From: a virus
Taxonomy: Duplodnaviria > Caudoviricetes
IMG/VR virus record: IMGVR_UViG_3300022407_003348
Location: 1-37,962 of that record
Strand: one strand, 5' to 3'
DNA length: 37,962 bases
Both the position numbers and the translations under genes were made by a program. This document shows, piece after piece, positions 35,537 to 37,962 of this stretch; the stretch's first letter is position 1, and each line of letters starts with the position of its first letter. The notes beneath the pieces are model-generated. The model did no database searches. It saw nothing but the letters and a program-made list of their open reading frames with translations, and was not told the origin of the DNA.

Positions 35537-35744
35537 CAAACTTATTGGCCCGTCCCTTCGCGCTGACGTTCCGGTAACACCACCTCCCGAAGAGAATCTT
35601 ATCGGAGGGTGGGTCACGGTTGCTGACGCTCGCCATGCGGACACGGACAAGGCCAACAACCGCGCTAACACCGTGATTGAGATATGCGATGCGGTAGGGG
35701 TCGAGAACGCGAAACTTACGCGCCGTTCTTGGTGGCCCTTCTAG
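35442..35744 (+). CDS. Outer-membrane spanin lipoprotein (Rz1-like)
   Basis: Signal MRNKTLARLAVGAGLLTVAG-C lipobox; overlaps i-spanin; Pro-rich. Confidence 0.78.
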   Translation: MRNKTLARLAVGAGLLTVAGCGTTIQSALDCSKLIGPSLRADVPVTPPPEENLIGGWVTVADARHADTDKANNRANTVIEICDAVGVENAKLTRRSWWPF

Positions 35745-36232
35745 CCCACCCCCTCCCGCGCAAGAAGGGCGAGACACCGATCAGCCCGGTCGAAAGCATG
35801 GGCGCGAGACTGCGAATAGACCTTCTCGTCCAGTTCATCGGCGCTGAACATGAAGGCGCTCGGGTCGATAATCCGCGCCACCTTCTCCCGCAGCCCTACC
35901 ATAGAGGGGGACGCGACCGGATTTTGTTGTGAGAACCGCCATCCCATGACGAAGGCTTGCTGCGACCCGGTGTCTGAACAGGCTTCCCGGGCGGCACTCC
36001 ACACGGCGTCTGGAGTCCCTACCATAGAGGGGGCTGGGGATGCTGCGGGAATCGGCGACCATGCGACAGCGCCAACGTCTGGACCGTTCGGGCAGTCCTT
36101 GAGCCACACGCGCTCCATGCCGTCCTCATCCGCAGCGGCGAGAAACAGCACGGTTTCGGCGCAGGGGATTTCGGTCAGGTCGTAGTTCCACCGCCAAGCC
36201 ACCGGCGCGGAGGGAGAGACGGGGGCGGTCAT
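35741..36232 (-). CDS. Mosaic accessory protein
   Basis: SD GGAGG; ATGA coupling; PVAWR motif. Confidence 0.6.
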   Translation of the reverse strand: MTAPVSPSAPVAWRWNYDLTEIPCAETVLFLAAADEDGMERVWLKDCPNGPDVGAVAWSPIPAASPAPSMVGTPDAVWSAAREACSDTGSQQAFVMGWRFSQQNPVASPSMVGLREKVARIIDPSAFMFSADELDEKVYSQSRAHAFDRADRCLALLAREGVG

Positions 36233-36450
36233 TCTGTCGGCCTCCATGCGACGGGGTAGAAGCACTTGCTGCGCTCCCAGTTTCCGTTGCCTTCGATGAT
36301 GGTTTCGCCCTCGCCCCAGTGGCGCAGGTCGGGCAGCATTGGGTGGGTCGCGCGCGACTGAATGCGAGCCTCGCGTCCATCCTTGTCGATGCCAATAATC
36401 CACGTTCCGTCGAGCGGCGCAGACTCCATGTCGAGTGTATCGTCCATCAC
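36229..36450 (-). CDS. DUF551-like accessory protein
   Basis: MESAPLDGTWII...PVAWRP. Confidence 0.6.
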   Translation of the reverse strand: MMDDTLDMESAPLDGTWIIGIDKDGREARIQSRATHPMLPDLRHWGEGETIIEGNGNWERSKCFYPVAWRPTE

Positions 36451-36968
36451 GCCCCTCCCTTCAGGCTTGCAAGGGTGGCTCGGCGGAAGTCGCCCCACGT
36501 CAGCCGTGACTGTTGCCCCCCTTCACTCCATGTGGCCTCGAAGGCGGTGCGGTCGGATGGGAAAAGAGCCACGCCAAAGCCGTTCGCGTCGATAGCCTTT
36601 CCTGCTTTCGCAAACGGCTCCAACGCCTCCCGCATCACCTCCCTATCATGGGAGAGGGACTCGATCAGGGCGGCGGCTTCTCGCATCAATGATGCGCGGT
36701 CGGTCGTGGCCTTGCGACCCATCGTTCGCGTGATCTCGTTGTCCTGAATATCGGCGCTGGCCCGAAGCTGGTGCACGATGATGATGCGCGACTGGACGCC
36801 GGTCGTTTCGGGCGGAAACAGCTTCACCCCAGCCACGTCCGAGGGGGCTGCGGGAATGGGAGAGGGGGTGTCGAAGACCAGCTTCCCGCCGCCGTCGCAG
36901 AACAACTGTTCGCAGCCTTGGCAGGTCCACCCTTGGATTTCGCCGCCACATTTCTGACAGTTCATCAT
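36447..36968 (-). CDS. Mosaic accessory protein with N-terminal Zn finger
   Basis: CQKC...CQGC; REALEPFA...GDFRRA. Confidence 0.65.
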   Translation of the reverse strand: MMNCQKCGGEIQGWTCQGCEQLFCDGGGKLVFDTPSPIPAAPSDVAGVKLFPPETTGVQSRIIIVHQLRASADIQDNEITRTMGRKATTDRASLMREAAALIESLSHDREVMREALEPFAKAGKAIDANGFGVALFPSDRTAFEATWSEGGQQSRLTWGDFRRATLASLKGGA

Positions 36969-37063
36969 CGGTCATCACCTTTCAGGTATTGGATGAAGGC
37001 CCCCACGAAGGCCAAGGTCAGCAGCGCGAAGAGAACAGCGCCTGCGATTTGCGCGTCGGTCAT
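36965..37063 (-). CDS. 32-aa membrane microprotein
   Basis: MTDAQIAGAVLFALLTLAFVGAFIQYLKGDDR; coupled at both ends. Confidence 0.55.
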   Translation of the reverse strand: MTDAQIAGAVLFALLTLAFVGAFIQYLKGDDR

Positions 37064-37353
37064 CCTGGCTCCTTGTTCTCGGGAGATTGTTGGCGGGCAG
37101 CGGCGATCAGTTCCAGCACGGTGGCGGGGTTGGCGGCTGCGATGAAGGCGGCGTCCTTTGCTGGCTGTTCAAACCAACCCTCCCAAGGCATTTTGCCACC
37201 GCACTCTGCGATCAGCGCGCCGTTCATCTGCGCATCGGGCCAGACGCTCATTTCTCCTTGCGCCGAGCCGTTGTCATTGTGGCCTCGGAACCACGGGCCT
37301 AGCGTCGCCGCCTCCGCCAGCCGTTCCAGTTCAGTCCATCTGTCCGCGCTCAT
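37060..37353 (-). CDS. Ead/Ea22-like protein
   Basis: LAEAATLGPW...DAAFIAAANPATVLELI. Confidence 0.85.
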   Translation of the reverse strand: MSADRWTELERLAEAATLGPWFRGHNDNGSAQGEMSVWPDAQMNGALIAECGGKMPWEGWFEQPAKDAAFIAAANPATVLELIAAARQQSPENKEPG

Positions 37354-37604
37354 TCCCCGGCTCCTTTGGCGCGAAGGACTTCGCCGATCTTGTCGATGTG
37401 GAATTCCGCAAGGATGCCTGACCGCTCCCAATGCCCGGTGCGGATGAAATCTGTGTCGGCGTCTTGCAGGGTTTCGAGGATGGCGTAGCGGGCTAGGTTC
37501 TCGTCGGTCTGTGGGACCGTAACCTTCGCGGTGATCGCAACGGTGAAGGTCAACTCCCTCGACCCCGCCTCGGCTACCTCCAGCCGTGCTAGAAGATCAG
37601 TCAT
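37350..37604 (-). CDS. Hypothetical protein
   Basis: SD AAGGA; MTDLLARLEVAEAGSREL. Confidence 0.65.
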   Translation of the reverse strand: MTDLLARLEVAEAGSRELTFTVAITAKVTVPQTDENLARYAILETLQDADTDFIRTGHWERSGILAEFHIDKIGEVLRAKGAGE

Positions 37605-37668
37605 GTGACGTTCCTTTTGGTTCATCGGCGGAAGGGCCGCTCGATACCTATCGAGCTTGCAGTTCTGG

Positions 37669-37961
37669 TCATGCGGCCACCGACAAGCTGTCGAGAGCGC
37701 CCCACTGAGTTGCCATCGCCTCGGCAATGCACGGAAAGAACCGAGCGCGCTCCTTGGCCGTCTTCCCTTGGTGGAAATAGGTGCGGTATGGCTGGCCGGC
37801 GCGAGCGCCTGTCTTGCGGATGTATATAGCCGCTGGCGCGACATCTATTGGCGGCATCGTTTTAAGCAGCGGAAGCCCGCGAAGCCACAGGCACACCCGC
37901 TTCCTGATCGGGACGCCGAAATCAAACGGGTTGACCTCTTGATCCTGCTTGCGGAAGGCGG
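37669..37961 (-). CDS. C-terminal part of the junction-spanning C5 methyltransferase-like gene
   Basis: In frame with 1-458 through the repeat; CLWLRGLP...ERARFFPCIAEAMATQWG. Confidence 0.8.
   Translation of the reverse strand, partial: AFRKQDQEVNPFDFGVPIRKRVCLWLRGLPLLKTMPPIDVAPAAIYIRKTGARAGQPYRTYFHQGKTAKERARFFPCIAEAMATQWGALDSLSVAA
37836..37961. repeat. Terminal direct repeat, right copy
   Basis: Identical to 2-127. Confidence 0.95.
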
Positions 37962-37962
37962 T

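Overview
Apparently complete ~37.8 kb circularly permuted genome of a GC-rich podovirus-like tailed phage; positions 2-127 repeat at 37836-37961, giving a unit length of 37,834 bp. An alphaproteobacterial, probably Caulobacteraceae-like, host is inferred from a GcrA-like gene and promoter style. A leftward early arm carries a C5 methyltransferase spanning the junction, a DUF1376 replication initiator and partner, GcrA-like, HNH, PAPS-reductase-like, DUF1064 and Ea22-like genes. A divergent promoter region near 5700 leads into ERF/SSB/NinB recombination genes. The late arm runs TerS, TerL, portal, scaffold, major capsid, decoration protein, a glycosyltransferase/Maf + DNA methylase + FkbM insert, tail adaptor/nozzle, three ejection proteins, two tail fibres and the lysis cassette. 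No integrase or CI-type repressor was recognised. The most notable signals are two unannotated antisense structured RNAs, each with its own promoter and terminator: a tRNA-like cloverleaf at 24454-24618 (-) and a five-hairpin RNA at 2734-2925 (+) beside the replication gene. Also notable are two antisense leaderless homing endonucleases and a possible virion-glycosylation module. All family calls are from motif recognition by eye; no searches were run.
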